This document shows positions 48,012-49,525 of a DNA stretch of 49,525 nt, piece by piece. The notes under the pieces are model-generated. The model saw nothing but the letters and a program-made list of their open reading frames with translations. It did not search any database and was not told where the DNA came from. This DNA is from Catajapyx aquilonaris. Taxonomy: Eukaryota. Each line of letters starts with the position of its first letter. Position 1 is the stretch's first letter. A program made the position numbers and the translations under genes. The stretch is taken from NCBI GenBank assembly GCA_000934665.2, contig JYFJ02002894.1, positions 1 through 49,525 of the forward strand. The letters run 5' to 3'.

Positions 48012-48727
48012 GTACATGCCTTCGTCTTAAATTATTCAAGGCTAATCAGCTACCCTGTTTGGGATCTGGTCAAAGCGGCGTCCCCATTGTTGTCTGTAGG
48101 TCGTTTTATCATTTTATCATGAGCTTCGGTGCTAATTAACAAGTCAGCCAGGTCGAAACATGGTGGAAAAAAGGTTGAATGTAATATTTAAATACACCTG
48201 GGATATGCTCCGGCCACGAACACTGACAACTGTCAGCCTGGTCCATGTACCAAGTGCAAGCACCAGGGACATGAACAGAAACTAAATGCGTATTCATAAA
48301 AAATTAACTAATGTTATTATTCTTGAAACTGTTTGGATTATGTGCTGCTCTGACTACAGTAGCCTGCTATGCTCGCGTGATATGCTCTAGCTAAAAGTGT
48401 CCTTGCTCTAGTACAATATTACGCTCATCCTGCTGACCTTGCTGACGAGTGCAGTACACCTATAAATATACTTTATATTCTACCGCTGCTGTGTGATGTG
48501 TACTGTACTGTACTGTACTGTATTATCAGGAGGCAATCAGGGGGTAAGGAGATTCGAGTTCATCCTGACAGTCAAACTGCCCGTTAGGCAAAAGTGAATT
48601 ACGGTTTGCTTGAGTCGCAGGATGAGCCATTCCTGCATAGGTGAACCTCCTCGGAATCATGATCAGATGTTCACGATACATAATAATTATAATCAAATAC
48701 TTAACTTGAAACATAAGATTTGATATA

Positions 48728-49432
48728 CGAGGGATAATCAAAAGTAATTGAACATTTTTTTTTTAAATTCAGATGTTTCACTAGAAAAACTGAAACTGAG
48801 ATATACATAATTATGAAAGTGCCAGTCTTTCTCTAATTTTTGACATAGTCGCCATACAATTCGGTGCATTTGTCCCATCAGAACACGAGTTTTTCCATAT
48901 CCCTGCAGAAAAAAGCGTCAGACTGGGTGGGAAGCCAGTGGGGGATGGCCTCTTTCGCTACTTCCTCGATGTCGCTGAAGTTCTGAACTGCCAGGTGCTT
49001 CTTCATTGGTCCAAAGAGATGGTAGACCATGGGTAAAACCACCTCTTCGGACCAAAAAAGACGCAGCTGGCAGGTCAGAACTTCAGCGTGGTGGGAAGCC
49101 AGTGTGGGATGATCTCTTTCGCTGCCTCTATATTACCCAGAGCTAATAACTGATATTACTGAGTTCTTGAGAAGCTAGTTCTTTTTTGGTCCAAAGAGGT
49201 GGTTTTATCCATGGTCTACCATCTCTTTGGACCAATGAAGAAGAACCTGGCAGTTCAGAACTACAGCGACATCGAGGAAGTAGTGAAAGAGCCCCCACTG
49301 GCTTCCCACCCAGTCGGACGCTTTTTTCTGCAGGGGTATGGAAAAACTCGTGCCCTGATGGGACAAATGCCCCAAGTTGTATGGCGACTATATGTATAAC
49401 ATAAGAGAAAGACTTGCACTTTCATATGTATA
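48728..49432. mobile_element. mariner-derived fold-back element with a truncated right end
   Basis: TA-CGAGGGATAATCAAAAGTAA left terminus. 48840-49050 and 49187-49392 are inverted copies encoding the mariner C-terminus (YHLFGPMKKNLA.QN.SD.EEV). Confidence 0.8.
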
Positions 49433-49525
49433 TATGTCGTGAGCCAATTGTGCGCTTGGCCCAATAGTCCGCGAGTGAATTGGCAGCCGGCCAACTGTTC
49501 TGCCCCTCCAAGCCACCACCACCCC

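Noticed and set aside
1..49525. CRISPR arrays, operons or prokaryotic defence systems
   Set aside because: No repeat-spacer arrays. Genes have spliceosomal introns, and the repeats are TIR elements, SINEs and microsatellites.

Overview
Eukaryotic, intron-containing genomic DNA, most likely from an arthropod (it carries pasiflora2 and an SVWC/Vago-type gene). Genes supported by the sequence, in order: the last exon of an SLC36 proton-coupled amino-acid transporter (+); a weakly supported small orphan gene (-); pasiflora 2, a septate-junction tetraspan protein (+, 4 coding exons, 254 aa); a secreted SVWC protein (-, 3 exons, 190 aa); a full-length SLC9C voltage-gated Na+/H+ exchanger (+, 15 exons, about 1330 aa) with an intronless nischarin-like PX-LRR gene nested antisense in its third coding intron; and a short gene resembling only the C-terminal motif of PLEKHA5/6/7 (+). 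Introns and intergenic DNA are rich in non-autonomous DNA transposons (Tc1/mariner, pogo, hAT, PIF/Harbinger, piggyBac), many of them long fold-back palindromes, plus two tRNA-derived SINE families, Helitron remnants and microsatellites. The most notable observation is that the SLC9C keeps its transport and S4 motifs but has Cys in place of the cAMP-binding Arg, and carries a Cys-rich in-frame insert before the voltage sensor. All family assignments come from recalled motifs; no database search was run.
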